A stretch of 64,000 bases of DNA from Acutalibacteraceae bacterium (GTDB lineage: Bacteria > Bacillota > Clostridia > Oscillospirales > Acutalibacteraceae): NCBI GenBank assembly GCA_045540655.1, contig JAZQHP010000032.1, forward strand, positions 1,801 to 65,800. The letters are read 5' to 3'. Numbering within the stretch: the stretch's first letter is position 1; each line of letters starts with the position of its first letter. A program made the translations under genes and the position numbers. Below the pieces are notes generated by a model, which was not told the origin of the DNA, did no database searches, and was given only the letters and a program-made list of their open reading frames with translations. Shown here piece after piece: positions 1-9,216 of the stretch.

Positions 1-1
1 T

Positions 2-799
2 GAGTATCTCGATAAAGTGATCGATATCGATCAGTCGCCCATCGGCAGAACGCCGCGTTCCAATCCCGCGACGTATACAGGCGTGTTTACCGATATCCGT
101 GAACTGTTCGCGTCGACCAAGGATGCCAAAATGCATGGATTCGGTCCCGGGCGATTCTCCTTCAACATCAAAGGCGGTCGTTGCGAAGCGTGCCAGGGCG
201 ACGGTATCATCAAGATCGAAATGCACTTCCTGCCGGATGTGTACGTGCCGTGCGAAGTGTGTAAAGGCGAACGATACAATCGCGAAACGCTGGAAGTTCG
301 CTATAAAGGAAAGAATATTTTCGATGTCCTGGATATGACCGTCGAAGAGGGTCTGAGCTTCTTTGAGGATATTCCCAAAATTGCCCGCAAACTCCGTACA
401 CTTTACGAGGTCGGTCTGGGCTATATCAAGATCGGTCAAAGTTCCACCACGCTTTCGGGCGGTGAAGCACAACGCGTCAAACTGGCAACCGAGCTGTCCC
501 GCCGCGCAACGGGGAAAACGGTGTATATTCTGGATGAGCCCACGACGGGACTTCATACGGAGGATGTCCGTCAGCTCATTGACGTGTTGCAACGTCTGGT
601 GGACGGCGGCAATACCGTCATCGTTATCGAGCATAACCTCGATGTAATTAAAGTGGCGGATTATATTATCGATCTCGGTCCCGACGGCGGTAATCGCGGC
701 GGAACCGTGGTTGCGAGCGGCACACCCGAAGAGGTGGCAACCGTCAAAGAATCGTATACCGCGCAATATTTGCGCCCTTTATTAAATGCTGGGAGATGA
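2..799 (+). CDS. uvrA: Excinuclease ABC subunit A, C-terminal part (5' end lies outside the window)
   Basis: Open frame runs from the window edge. Zinc finger CEACQGDG...CEVCKG, ABC signature [12 protein letters not shown] and Walker [13 protein letters not shown] are present. Confidence 0.95.
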   Translation, partial: EYLDKVIDIDQSPIGRTPRSNPATYTGVFTDIRELFASTKDAKMHGFGPGRFSFNIKGGRCEACQGDGIIKIEMHFLPDVYVPCEVCKGERYNRETLEVRYKGKNIFDVLDMTVEEGLSFFEDIPKIARKLRTLYEVGLGYIKIGQSSTTLSGGEAQRVKLATELSRRATGKTVYILDEPTTGLHTEDVRQLIDVLQRLVDGGNTVIVIEHNLDVIKVADYIIDLGPDGGNRGGTVVASGTPEEVATVKESYTAQYLRPLLNAGR

Positions 800-803
800 A
801 TAC

Positions 804-1817
804 ATGCGCACCATGTTGAAAACACTGTGCGAAGCGTCGGGAGTCGGCGGTGTCGGTACCGTCGGACAAATCATTACCGATATGCTTTGCGACTATGCGG
901 ATGAGATCGTTACCGATCCGCTGGGCAACATTGTTGCTTGGCATCACTCGGATACCGCCGATGCGCCGGTCGTGATGCTGGAAGCTCATATGGATGAAAT
1001 CGGATTTGTAGTAACGGAGATCGACGATCAAGGCTATATTCATGTAGCGGCATGCGGCGGTGTGGATAGCCGTGTGCTGGCGGCAGCTCCCGTCACGGTT
1101 TTGTGTGATCCGCCGCTTGACGGCGTGTTTTGCTCCACGCCGCCTCATCTGGCCGATAAAAACGATGAAATCAAGCCGCTTGCTGATATGGGGATTGATG
1201 TCGGTCTGACGCCGTCGGAAGTGAATGACCGCGTGTCACTCGGCACGCGTGTGGCGTTCGCTTCGCCGTTTCGCGCGGTGGGCGAGCACACGGTTTGCAC
1301 CAAAGCCCTTGACAATCGTGCCGGCTGTGCAGCAGTGATAACGGCGTTTCAGATGCTTTGCCTGGAATCGCTTCCGTTTCACATCGCGGCGATGTTTGCC
1401 GTTCAGGAGGAAATCGGCGGTGCGGGCGCGCTGACAGGTGCGTTTTCTACCGAACCGACAGTCGCAATTGTCACAGATGTCAGTTTCGCGTACACCCCCG
1501 ATGCACCCGCGCATGAATGCGGTGTGTTCGGAGAGGGTCCGATGCTCGGAGTCGCACCGGGACTGGATCGTTCGCTGATCGAAAAAGCGAAAACGGCGGC
1601 AAACTCGCTGGATATTCCTCTGCAATACGAGGTGATGGGCGGCAGTACCGGTACGGATGCCGACAAAATTCAAACCTCGCGCATCGGCGTTCGCACAGCG
1701 CTGATTTCAATTCCTCTGCGTTATATGCACACTCCGACGGAAATGGCCGATGTGCGGGATGTGGAGAATACGGCGCGTCTGATGGCGGCGCTCGCAAAGG
1801 AGGCGGTCGTATGCTGA
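804..1817 (+). CDS. M42 family metallopeptidase (YsdC/FrvX/CelM-like aminopeptidase)
   Basis: Motifs HMDEIGF, ALDNRAGC and QEEIGGAGA fit the M42 family. GGGAG RBS lies 9 nt before the ATG at 804; the longer ORF start at 786 overlaps uvrA. Confidence 0.85.
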   Translation: MRTMLKTLCEASGVGGVGTVGQIITDMLCDYADEIVTDPLGNIVAWHHSDTADAPVVMLEAHMDEIGFVVTEIDDQGYIHVAACGGVDSRVLAAAPVTVLCDPPLDGVFCSTPPHLADKNDEIKPLADMGIDVGLTPSEVNDRVSLGTRVAFASPFRAVGEHTVCTKALDNRAGCAAVITAFQMLCLESLPFHIAAMFAVQEEIGGAGALTGAFSTEPTVAIVTDVSFAYTPDAPAHECGVFGEGPMLGVAPGLDRSLIEKAKTAANSLDIPLQYEVMGGSTGTDADKIQTSRIGVRTALISIPLRYMHTPTEMADVRDVENTARLMAALAKEAVVC

Positions 1818-2824
1818 CGTATCTTCGTGAACTTTGTTCACTCGACGGCGTGTCGGGTGATGAAGCCCCTGTACGTGAATATATCCGTGCGAAGCTCGAG
1901 GCGATTGAACATGTGGATATAATCAAGGAGGATGCACTCGGCAATTTGCTGGTGCATCTGAAAGGACAAACGTCCGCCGAAAAAACCGTTATGATTGCCG
2001 CGCATATGGACGAAGTCGGCATGATTGTCACAGGCTACACCGAAGACGGACTGCTGCGTTTTTCCACGGTCGGAGGCATCAGCAAAGCCGTCATGATCGG
2101 ACGCACTGTCCGTATTCGCGATATGTTCGGTGTGATCGGTTGTAAAGCCATTCACATGTGCAAAGGGGACGAAAAGACCACCCTTCCTTCCGCGGATTTG
2201 CTGATTGATATCGGCGCTTGCAATAAAGAAGAAGCCGCTTGCCGTGTCTCCATCGGAGACAGCGTGGTATTTGATACGGAATTTGCGCAGATGGGAGAGT
2301 TGGTGCGCGGACGTGCCATTGATGACCGCGCAGGATGTGCTGTCCTTTTGAAATTGGCACAGACACAGCCCAAAACCGGGATGTGGCTTGCCTTTACCGT
2401 TCAGGAAGAAATCGGCTTACGCGGTGCAAAAACTGCCGCGTTTCAAGTGGATCCGTCGGTGGCCGTGGTTGTGGATGCCACAACGGCGGCGGACACGTGC
2501 GGTGTACCGAAAGCAAAGCAGGTGTGCGCTGTCAATCACGGCGCTGTCGTATCGTTTATGGACGGTCGCACGTTGTATGACAAGGCTTTGTATGAACGCA
2601 TTATGGAAACGGCGCAGACGTGCGGTATTCCCGCACAACCCAAATCGATGGTGGCAGGCGGAAACGACGCAGGGGCGATCCAGACCGCCGCTCACGGCGC
2701 GAAAGTAGCGGCGATTTCTCTTCCTTGCCGCTATATTCATTCGCCGTCCTGCGTGCTGTCGATGCAAGATATGGATGCGGTTTACCAACTGATCACGGCG
2801 CTGATCGAGCGCTCGGTATTGTGA
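1811..2824 (+). CDS. M42 family metallopeptidase, second paralog
   Basis: Motifs AHMDEVGM, IDDRAGC and VQEEIGLRGA. The start ATG overlaps the upstream stop (ATGCTGA). The first 98 codons of ORF 1517.. are out-of-frame overlap with the upstream gene. Confidence 0.85.
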   Translation: MLTYLRELCSLDGVSGDEAPVREYIRAKLEAIEHVDIIKEDALGNLLVHLKGQTSAEKTVMIAAHMDEVGMIVTGYTEDGLLRFSTVGGISKAVMIGRTVRIRDMFGVIGCKAIHMCKGDEKTTLPSADLLIDIGACNKEEAACRVSIGDSVVFDTEFAQMGELVRGRAIDDRAGCAVLLKLAQTQPKTGMWLAFTVQEEIGLRGAKTAAFQVDPSVAVVVDATTAADTCGVPKAKQVCAVNHGAVVSFMDGRTLYDKALYERIMETAQTCGIPAQPKSMVAGGNDAGAIQTAAHGAKVAAISLPCRYIHSPSCVLSMQDMDAVYQLITALIERSVL

Positions 2825-3558
2825 TCGCGCAGGTAGCGGGCCATGGCCCGCAGGAATGGAATTCTACTGCGTCCGAGGCATTGCTGAAAATATGCGGACA
2901 ATTTGCCGCTTACGGTGCCGATCGCGGCTTTTTACGGTTTTACGAAGACGAACACGGCAATAAACTGTCGATTCTTGATACCCAGGCGACTTTACATGCA
3001 AGTGCAGACACAGAGGAAATGCGCCTGTTTTTAACGATGGACCCGTCTGTGACCGCCGTGCGTACCGATGCTAAAACGGCTAAATTGCTTGCAAAAGAAT
3101 GGGGAACGACGCCTTGCTGTGAAGCGGTTATGACCGCACCGCTGCATGCCGATGCCGATGCTCGTGCGCAAGACGTTCCTTTAAGAGATATGTACCGCGT
3201 TTTGCATGAAGGTTTCGGCAATACCATGCCGCCGTTTGACGTGTGGTATGCCGATGCGCATCATCGCTTTCGACGTGATTTGTGCCGCGCGGTGGCGGTA
3301 TACGAGGAGGGGACTCCTGTGGCAGTGGCGATGACGGTTGCGGAATGTGAAACGGCAGCGCTGATCGGTGCGGTTGCCACCTTGCCGTCTGCGCGTGGAA
3401 AGGGGTATGCTTCGGCGTGTGTGCTGACGCTCAGCCATCACCTGCAACAGCTTGGCAAAACGGTCTTTTTATCCCCCAAAAACCCGTATGCTCATGCGCT
3501 TTATAAACGAATCGGGTTTACCGTTGTCGGTGAATGGGGACAGGTAACCCGTTCATAA
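2821..3558 (+). CDS. GNAT family N-acetyltransferase (start uncertain)
   Basis: C-terminal acetyl-CoA fold: IGAVATLPSARGKGYASACV...YKRIGFTVVGEW. GTG 2821 overlaps the upstream stop (GTGA). TTG 2881 is an alternative start. No in-frame ATG has a usable RBS. Confidence 0.55.
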   Translation: MIAQVAGHGPQEWNSTASEALLKICGQFAAYGADRGFLRFYEDEHGNKLSILDTQATLHASADTEEMRLFLTMDPSVTAVRTDAKTAKLLAKEWGTTPCCEAVMTAPLHADADARAQDVPLRDMYRVLHEGFGNTMPPFDVWYADAHHRFRRDLCRAVAVYEEGTPVAVAMTVAECETAALIGAVATLPSARGKGYASACVLTLSHHLQQLGKTVFLSPKNPYAHALYKRIGFTVVGEWGQVTRS

Positions 3559-3578
3559 CAGAAAGGAAATGACAATTG

Positions 3579-4853
3579 ATGGAAACACCTTTTTTTGATA
3601 TTCCGCAGTCCTTACGGGACGCATCCGACCGTGCTGTGCAAACCATTCAACCGATTCTGGATCGGATCGATGCGATCACCGAATATAATCAGCAGAAAAT
3701 GCTGTCCGCTTTTATCGAGCATCATGTCAGCGAAACCTACTTTGTTCCTACCACGGGATACGGTTACGGCGATCGCGGACGCGACAAACTGGATGAACTG
3801 TTTGCGACGGTCATGGGTACGGAAGATGCGTTGATCCGCCATTCCATTGTTTCGGGAACGCACGCGATCACGATCGCCTTATTCGGCGTGTTACGGCCCG
3901 GGGATGTGTTGCTCGCGGCAACCGGCGCTCCGTATGATACGCTTCTCGGGGTCATCGGTGTCGGTGAACACAACGATGGGTCGCTGGCGGATTTTGGCGT
4001 CGGTTACGAGGAAGTACCGCTTCGGAATCATATGCCCGATCTTGCCGGGATTCGGGAAGCGCTCAAAAAGAATCCGCGGATTCGCGTGGTACATGTGCAG
4101 CGGTCTCGCGGCTATTCGTTGCGTCCGTCGTTGACGGTTGCGCAGATCGGGGAGATCGTGACGGCTGTTCGGAGCGTTCGCCCTGATGCGATTGTGTTTG
4201 TGGACAACTGCTACGGCGAGTTTGTTGAACGCACGGAGCCTTCGGCTGTCGGCGTCGATCTGATGGCGGGCTCACTGATTAAGAATCCCGGTGGCGGTAT
4301 TGCCGAAAACGGCGGATACATCTGCGGGCGGAAAGATCTTGTTGAACAGTGCTCCTATCGTATGACTACCCCCGGACTCGGACGGGAGGTCGGAGCCTCT
4401 CTCGGACACAATCGCTCGCTGTACATGGGACTCTTTCATGCGCCGCATGTGGTGGGAGAAGCGCTGAAAACTGCTGTTTTTGCCTCGGCGCTGTTTGAAG
4501 CTTTCGGCTATACCGTCAGTCCGACTCCGCTTGAGGAACGCGCTGACATTATTCAGGCGATCTGTCTGAACGATGCCCCGTCTCTGGTGGCTTTTTGCCA
4601 GGGCATGCAACAAGGAGCCCCGGTGGATGCGTTTGTAGTTCCCGAGCCGTGGGATATGCCCGGCTATGACGATCAGGTGATCATGGCGGCGGGCGCATTT
4701 ACGGCGGGCGCATCTATTGAATTGTCGGCGGATGCGCCGCTTCGCGAGCCCTTTGCGGCGTACATGCAGGGTGGTCTCAACTTCCATTCTGGCAAGCTCG
4801 GTGTGCTGTTAGCTGCCCGTTCCATGATGGAAAAAGGGATTTTAAAACTCTGA
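3579..4853 (+). CDS. ynbB: Methionine gamma-lyase family (YnbB / aluminium-resistance-type) PLP-dependent protein
   Basis: Family-typical N-terminus ...NQQKMLSAFIEHHVSETYFVPTTGYGYGDRGRDKLDELFA... and a length of about 425 aa. TTG 3576 is also a possible start. Confidence 0.8.
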   Translation: METPFFDIPQSLRDASDRAVQTIQPILDRIDAITEYNQQKMLSAFIEHHVSETYFVPTTGYGYGDRGRDKLDELFATVMGTEDALIRHSIVSGTHAITIALFGVLRPGDVLLAATGAPYDTLLGVIGVGEHNDGSLADFGVGYEEVPLRNHMPDLAGIREALKKNPRIRVVHVQRSRGYSLRPSLTVAQIGEIVTAVRSVRPDAIVFVDNCYGEFVERTEPSAVGVDLMAGSLIKNPGGGIAENGGYICGRKDLVEQCSYRMTTPGLGREVGASLGHNRSLYMGLFHAPHVVGEALKTAVFASALFEAFGYTVSPTPLEERADIIQAICLNDAPSLVAFCQGMQQGAPVDAFVVPEPWDMPGYDDQVIMAAGAFTAGASIELSADAPLREPFAAYMQGGLNFHSGKLGVLLAARSMMEKGILKL

Positions 4854-4931
4854 TTTCTGAAAGTTTACAATTCGTTGATTATATTTGAGCAGAGATACTG
4901 TATGATAAGGCAAAGGCGGTGTTAACGGTCG

Positions 4932-5825
4932 ATGTTTGGATATATTCGTGTGTTTCAACCGGAATTGACTTATCGGGAATATGAACAATATCGCGGTATC
5001 TACTGCTCTTTGTGTGAAGCGCTCGGCAAGCGCTACGGAGCGGCGGCACGCATGACGCTTAGCTACGACTTTACCTTTCTGGCGATGTTTCGCATGGCTC
5101 TGCTGAATGAACAGCCGACGTTTACGGTCGGACGATGTCCGTTTCGTCCCGCAAAAAAACGGGCGTTCTGTGATCCTGCGTCCGTAACGTCGCTGGATTA
5201 TGCCGCGGACACTGCTATGATCCTGACCTATTATAAATTGAGCGATACCGTTTGCGATGAACGATTTTTCAAGAAAATCGTTGCCCGTATCTCGCGCCGG
5301 TTATTATCGCGCGATTTTAAAAAAGCCGTGTCCCGTCGTCCGCAGGAAGCTTCGTGGGCGAAGGAGTTTATGAATGCTCAGACAGAGGTAGAAGGCGCGG
5401 ATCATCCGTCGCTGGATGCCGCGGCGCATCCGACAGCTGTCTTTTTGTCAAAACTCGCCTCGGCATCGGCGTCGGAAGATGATCGCGATACCGCCGAACG
5501 CTTCGGCTATTGTCTGGGGCGGTTTATCTACATGGCTGATGCCGCTGATGATGCGGAGGACGACAAAAAACACGGATCGTTCAATGCGTATGTACAGGCA
5601 TTTCCGCACGACTTTAATAACGGCGTAATGGGGGAGGAGCTCCGGGAGTATATCTCACAATCTCTTCACAATACCGTTGCTGTGTGCACGGAGTGTTATG
5701 AACAGCTGCCGATCACCTGCTTTGACTCGATTATGCGTAATATTTTGTATTGTGGATTGCCGTCGGTGATCCATCGTATTCAACATTCACCAGAAGGAGG
5801 AGCTTCCGATGAGAAATCCGTATGA
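4932..5825 (+). CDS. DUF5685-like protein of unknown function
   Basis: N-terminus [36 protein letters not shown]...[11 protein letters not shown] matches my memory of the DUF5685 family; this needs an HMM check. The 3' end overlaps the next gene by 17 nt. Confidence 0.7.
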   Translation: MFGYIRVFQPELTYREYEQYRGIYCSLCEALGKRYGAAARMTLSYDFTFLAMFRMALLNEQPTFTVGRCPFRPAKKRAFCDPASVTSLDYAADTAMILTYYKLSDTVCDERFFKKIVARISRRLLSRDFKKAVSRRPQEASWAKEFMNAQTEVEGADHPSLDAAAHPTAVFLSKLASASASEDDRDTAERFGYCLGRFIYMADAADDAEDDKKHGSFNAYVQAFPHDFNNGVMGEELREYISQSLHNTVAVCTECYEQLPITCFDSIMRNILYCGLPSVIHRIQHSPEGGASDEKSV

Positions 5826-6381
5826 CGTATTGGGCATACCTGTGTCTGCTTCGGACGAGGAGATCAAAACCGCCTATCGGAATCTCGCCCGTAAGTACCA
5901 CCCCGATCAGTATAATAACAATCCGCTGTCGGATCTGGCGCAGGAAAAGATGAAGGAAATCAACGAGGCGTACGATACGATTATCAAGGAACGTCAGGCT
6001 CGCGGCAGTGGTTCTGCAACGAATTTTTCCGATATCCGTGCATTGATCGCTCAGCGGCGTTATGCACAAGCAGAAGAATTGCTTGACGGCGTTCCCGCGG
6101 CATCGCGGAATGCAGAATGGCATTACCTGAAAGGTCAGGTGTTGTATCAGAAAGGCTGGCTCGAAGAAGCCAACCGCCATTTCACATACGCCTCCAACAT
6201 GGATCCGAATAATGCGGAATATCGCGCGGCGGTGAATCGTGCCGCTAACCAACGCTCCGGCGGATACACCCAGAATGGGCCGCGCGGATGCACCTGCTCG
6301 CCGTGTGATGTTTGCAGTACGCTGATTTGCGCGGACTGTTGCTGTGAATGCATGGGCAGTGATTGCATTTCCTGTTGCTGA
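5809..6381 (+). CDS. J-domain protein with a TPR-like middle region and a C-terminal cysteine string
   Basis: J domain DVLGIP...[17 protein letters not shown] contains the HPD motif. TPR-like stretch [37 protein letters not shown]. 12 of the last 30 residues are Cys. Strong RBS GAAGGAGGAG. Confidence 0.85.
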   Translation: MRNPYDVLGIPVSASDEEIKTAYRNLARKYHPDQYNNNPLSDLAQEKMKEINEAYDTIIKERQARGSGSATNFSDIRALIAQRRYAQAEELLDGVPAASRNAEWHYLKGQVLYQKGWLEEANRHFTYASNMDPNNAEYRAAVNRAANQRSGGYTQNGPRGCTCSPCDVCSTLICADCCCECMGSDCISCC

Positions 6382-6395
6382 TCGGAGGGGTACTC

Positions 6396-6920
6396 ATGAC
6401 TGTGTCCCGCCGTGTAGCGTTTTGCGGCGTATTGTCGTCGCTGGCGATGATCATCCTGTTTGCCACCTTCTTTCCCTACGGAACAGTGGCGCTTACCGCT
6501 CTTGCAGGACTGATGCTTGTGCCGTCTTCACTGGAACTCGGCTCGCGATTCGGTTGGGCTTGCTACGGTGTTACCGCGTTGTTGACACTGTTGCTGGTGC
6601 CGTCTATACCTGCAAAAGTAATGTATATCCTGTTTTTCGGGTTTTATCCGCTCGTGCAGCTTCGGGTGAATCTGTGGCATAGCCGAGCGGCACAGTGGAT
6701 TGTCAAAGCCATCTTGTTGAATGCGGCACTCGCGCTGGCAATGGTACTTTGGTTGACGGTACTGGCGGGTGACGCTGTGCGCGGCATAGATCGTTGGATT
6801 CTGATTGCCGCCGTTCCGCTTGCAAACGTATTGTTTATGGTGTATGATGCGGTGCTTTGGCAAATCGTCGGTATGTACCGCGTACGACTGCATCCGTTTA
6901 TTTCCAAATGGTTGCGTTGA
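6396..6920 (+). CDS. Polytopic membrane protein, unknown function
   Basis: About five hydrophobic helices. GGAGGGG RBS lies 6 nt before ATG 6396, 14 nt after the J-protein stop. No family recognised. Confidence 0.6.
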   Translation: MTVSRRVAFCGVLSSLAMIILFATFFPYGTVALTALAGLMLVPSSLELGSRFGWACYGVTALLTLLLVPSIPAKVMYILFFGFYPLVQLRVNLWHSRAAQWIVKAILLNAALALAMVLWLTVLAGDAVRGIDRWILIAAVPLANVLFMVYDAVLWQIVGMYRVRLHPFISKWLR

Positions 6921-6947
6921 TTATCTTTTGACGGAGAGTAAAAGATT

Positions 6948-8195
6948 ATGGCTGGTAAAAAATGCCCTTCATGCGGCAAAAAAGTAGCGCCCAAAGCATC
7001 CTATTGTATCTATTGCGCCGCTCGTTTCGATGAGGAACCTGCTGTTCTTTCCGCGTCGTCCGTGCCGGACTCGGTACTGCCGGATACAGGCAACACAGCG
7101 GATGAAACAATGCGTCTGTTGGACGAAATTCATAGTGAAGCAAACCATAGCCGTGTAACCGAGGACGTGTCGGAGACCGGTATTCCCGAAGAAACGACGT
7201 ACGTATCGGAACACCCGGGAATGAATGTTCAGACGGATGATATGCACGACAGTACGGGTCTTCATTCTTTAAAACGCGGTCGTGTGTGGCTGGTGCTTTC
7301 GGTGATCGGATTTGCACTGATTGCGATTCTCGCAGTCTTGTTGGTGCTTTCCCTCAAACATCATCGGGACATGACTCCGTCGACCGATCCGGAGCAGGAA
7401 ATATCCGTAACAAAACCGACGGTGTCTGCCGAACGACAGGCATGGCTGGATCAATTTGAAGGGCAATGGGTGGATGAACAAAGTGTCGGAAAGCGTGATC
7501 TGATCGAACAAGGCGGTCAGATGCTGGTAATTGCCGATATTACCGACAATATCGTTACCTTTGATCTGTATTCTCACAGCGGCGGAGATGATGCCAAAAC
7601 CGCCTTTGTATCGGGTGTTCAGGCAGTGCTGTATGAGGATACATTGCATTTTACATTTGACAATGACACGTTGCAAAACAGCGGCGAAGGCTACTTGCAA
7701 TTGCATGACGGCGGCATCAACGTAGAGGTGCTGATTCGTAATATTTCACCCGATACTCACTCGCTCGGTATGAATACGGTGTTTTTGCGTCAACAACTGC
7801 CGTCGTCGAACGGCACGGACATCCGTTCGATAACTACCAAAGAGGCGCTCTCGGTATTCGGTGAGCCGATTTCCGCCAAACCGAACGAACAGGACGGCAG
7901 TACTTCTTACGAATACAGCGCGGCGAAAGCGGTGGTTAATGCAGACGGCGGTGTCCGATGGATACTGCTGGATTATACCAAAACGGACAATCCGTCGGCG
8001 TTTTGCTTTGATTGCATGGATGGTACGGCGACGTATGATACGGTAAAAACGTATTACGGCGAAGCGGAGCAGGATTACGAGGAACTGGACACGCAAATTT
8101 ATTATCTGCGATATCCACTTTCGGAAACCTCGTCCGTTACGTTTATTTTCGACAGCACCACCGGCGTGATTAAACGCATTAAATATGTTTTTTAA
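6948..8195 (+). CDS. Zinc-ribbon domain membrane-anchored protein
   Basis: N-terminal CPSCGKKV...CIYCAARF zinc ribbon, an acidic linker, a single TM helix (VWLVLSVIGFALIAILAVLLVLSL) and an extracytoplasmic domain of about 270 aa. Confidence 0.7.
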   Translation: MAGKKCPSCGKKVAPKASYCIYCAARFDEEPAVLSASSVPDSVLPDTGNTADETMRLLDEIHSEANHSRVTEDVSETGIPEETTYVSEHPGMNVQTDDMHDSTGLHSLKRGRVWLVLSVIGFALIAILAVLLVLSLKHHRDMTPSTDPEQEISVTKPTVSAERQAWLDQFEGQWVDEQSVGKRDLIEQGGQMLVIADITDNIVTFDLYSHSGGDDAKTAFVSGVQAVLYEDTLHFTFDNDTLQNSGEGYLQLHDGGINVEVLIRNISPDTHSLGMNTVFLRQQLPSSNGTDIRSITTKEALSVFGEPISAKPNEQDGSTSYEYSAAKAVVNADGGVRWILLDYTKTDNPSAFCFDCMDGTATYDTVKTYYGEAEQDYEELDTQIYYLRYPLSETSSVTFIFDSTTGVIKRIKYVF

Positions 8196-8211
8196 CAGAA
8201 TAATAAGAGGT

Positions 8212-8247
8212 GCCGAAATCATTCTGATATGATTTCGGCGCTTTTTT
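8212..8247 (+). terminator. Rho-independent terminator after the 4.9-8.2 kb operon
   Basis: Stem GCCGAAATCAT / ATGATTTCGGC with a 6-nt loop, followed by a T6 tract. Confidence 0.8.
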
Positions 8248-8267
8248 GCAAGTTGTCTGTTTTTGTC

Positions 8268-8296
8268 TTGCATTTCACGCGGACATCTGTTAAAAT
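8268..8296 (+). promoter_or_regulatory. Sigma-A-type promoter for the rpiR-family gene
   Basis: TTGCAT, 17-nt spacer, TAAAAT, about 45 nt upstream of ATG 8341. Confidence 0.55.
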
Positions 8297-8340
8297 ATAT
8301 GCTGATTTGTATCCTTTTATGGTAATGGGAGGGATTCGAG

Positions 8341-9216
8341 ATGGCAACCGATTTGTCTACACGGATCTTATCGAATATGCAATCCTTTTCAAAAGGACAA
8401 CGGCGGATTGCGCAATATATCATGGAGCACTATGACGAAGCAGCGTTTATGACGGCGTTTCGCCTGGGTGAAACCGTCGGTGTCAGTGAGTCAACGGTGG
8501 TTCGTTTCGCCGCCGAACTCGGATATGACGGCTACCCTGAACTTCAGAAAGCGGTGCAGGAGTTGATTCGCAGTAAACTCAACTCCATCCAGCGTATCGA
8601 AGTGACCTGTGCGCGCATGGGAAATGAAGATGTGCTTGATCATATTCTCGCATCGGATATGTCCAATATCCGTCAGACACTCGACGAATTGCCTCGTGAT
8701 GTGTTTTATGAAGCGGTGGATGCCATCATTCATGCGCGTAAAGTGTATATTTTCGGCGCAGGCAGTTGTCGGTCGCTCGCCAATTTCACCGCGTACTATC
8801 TCAAAATGCTTCTCGGAGACATCCATTTGGTGTATACTTCCAGCGAAATGGAAATCCTTGAGGAAATGTTCCATATCAACGAACAGGATGTGCTGATCGG
8901 ACTGAGCTTTCCGCGGTACTCCAACAAAGCCGTGAAGACTTTGCACTTTGCCCATTCCCGCCGCGCGAAGGTGGTGGCGATCACCGACAGTCTGCAATCT
9001 CCCATTGCGCCGTTTGCGGATCATTTGCTTCTGGCACGCAGTGATATGGCAACGATCGTGGACTCTCTGGTGGCACCGTTGAGCCTTATTAACGCTTTGA
9101 TTGTAGCGGTAGCCGTGAAAACGCTCGAATCCAACCGTGAGAAGCTCACGGAACTGGAGGCGCTGTGGGATCAATATAGCGTATACGCCAAAAATGACAC
9201 GGAGGATGTGCTATGA
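8341..9216 (+). CDS. MurR/RpiR family transcriptional regulator
   Basis: N-terminal HTH (LGETVGVSESTVVRFAAELGYDGY) and a C-terminal SIS domain (VYIFGAGSCRSLA). Confidence 0.9.
   Translation: MATDLSTRILSNMQSFSKGQRRIAQYIMEHYDEAAFMTAFRLGETVGVSESTVVRFAAELGYDGYPELQKAVQELIRSKLNSIQRIEVTCARMGNEDVLDHILASDMSNIRQTLDELPRDVFYEAVDAIIHARKVYIFGAGSCRSLANFTAYYLKMLLGDIHLVYTSSEMEILEEMFHINEQDVLIGLSFPRYSNKAVKTLHFAHSRRAKVVAITDSLQSPIAPFADHLLLARSDMATIVDSLVAPLSLINALIVAVAVKTLESNREKLTELEALWDQYSVYAKNDTEDVL

Noticed and set aside
1517-1810. N-terminal extensions offered by the ORF track for several genes: 1517, 10345, 14304, 18373, 25385, 36379, 28653(-), 29078(-), 45100(-) and 61899(-).
   Set aside because: The extensions overlap the upstream gene out of frame and lack family similarity. 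Internal starts have proper RBS spacing and often form ATGA/GTGA coupling overlaps.
5809-5825. The 17-nt overlap of the DUF5685 and J-protein ORFs as a possible programmed frameshift or fusion.
   Set aside because: The J gene has its own strong RBS (GAAGGAGGAG) and ATG inside the overlap, and there is no slippery heptamer. Ordinary translational coupling explains it.
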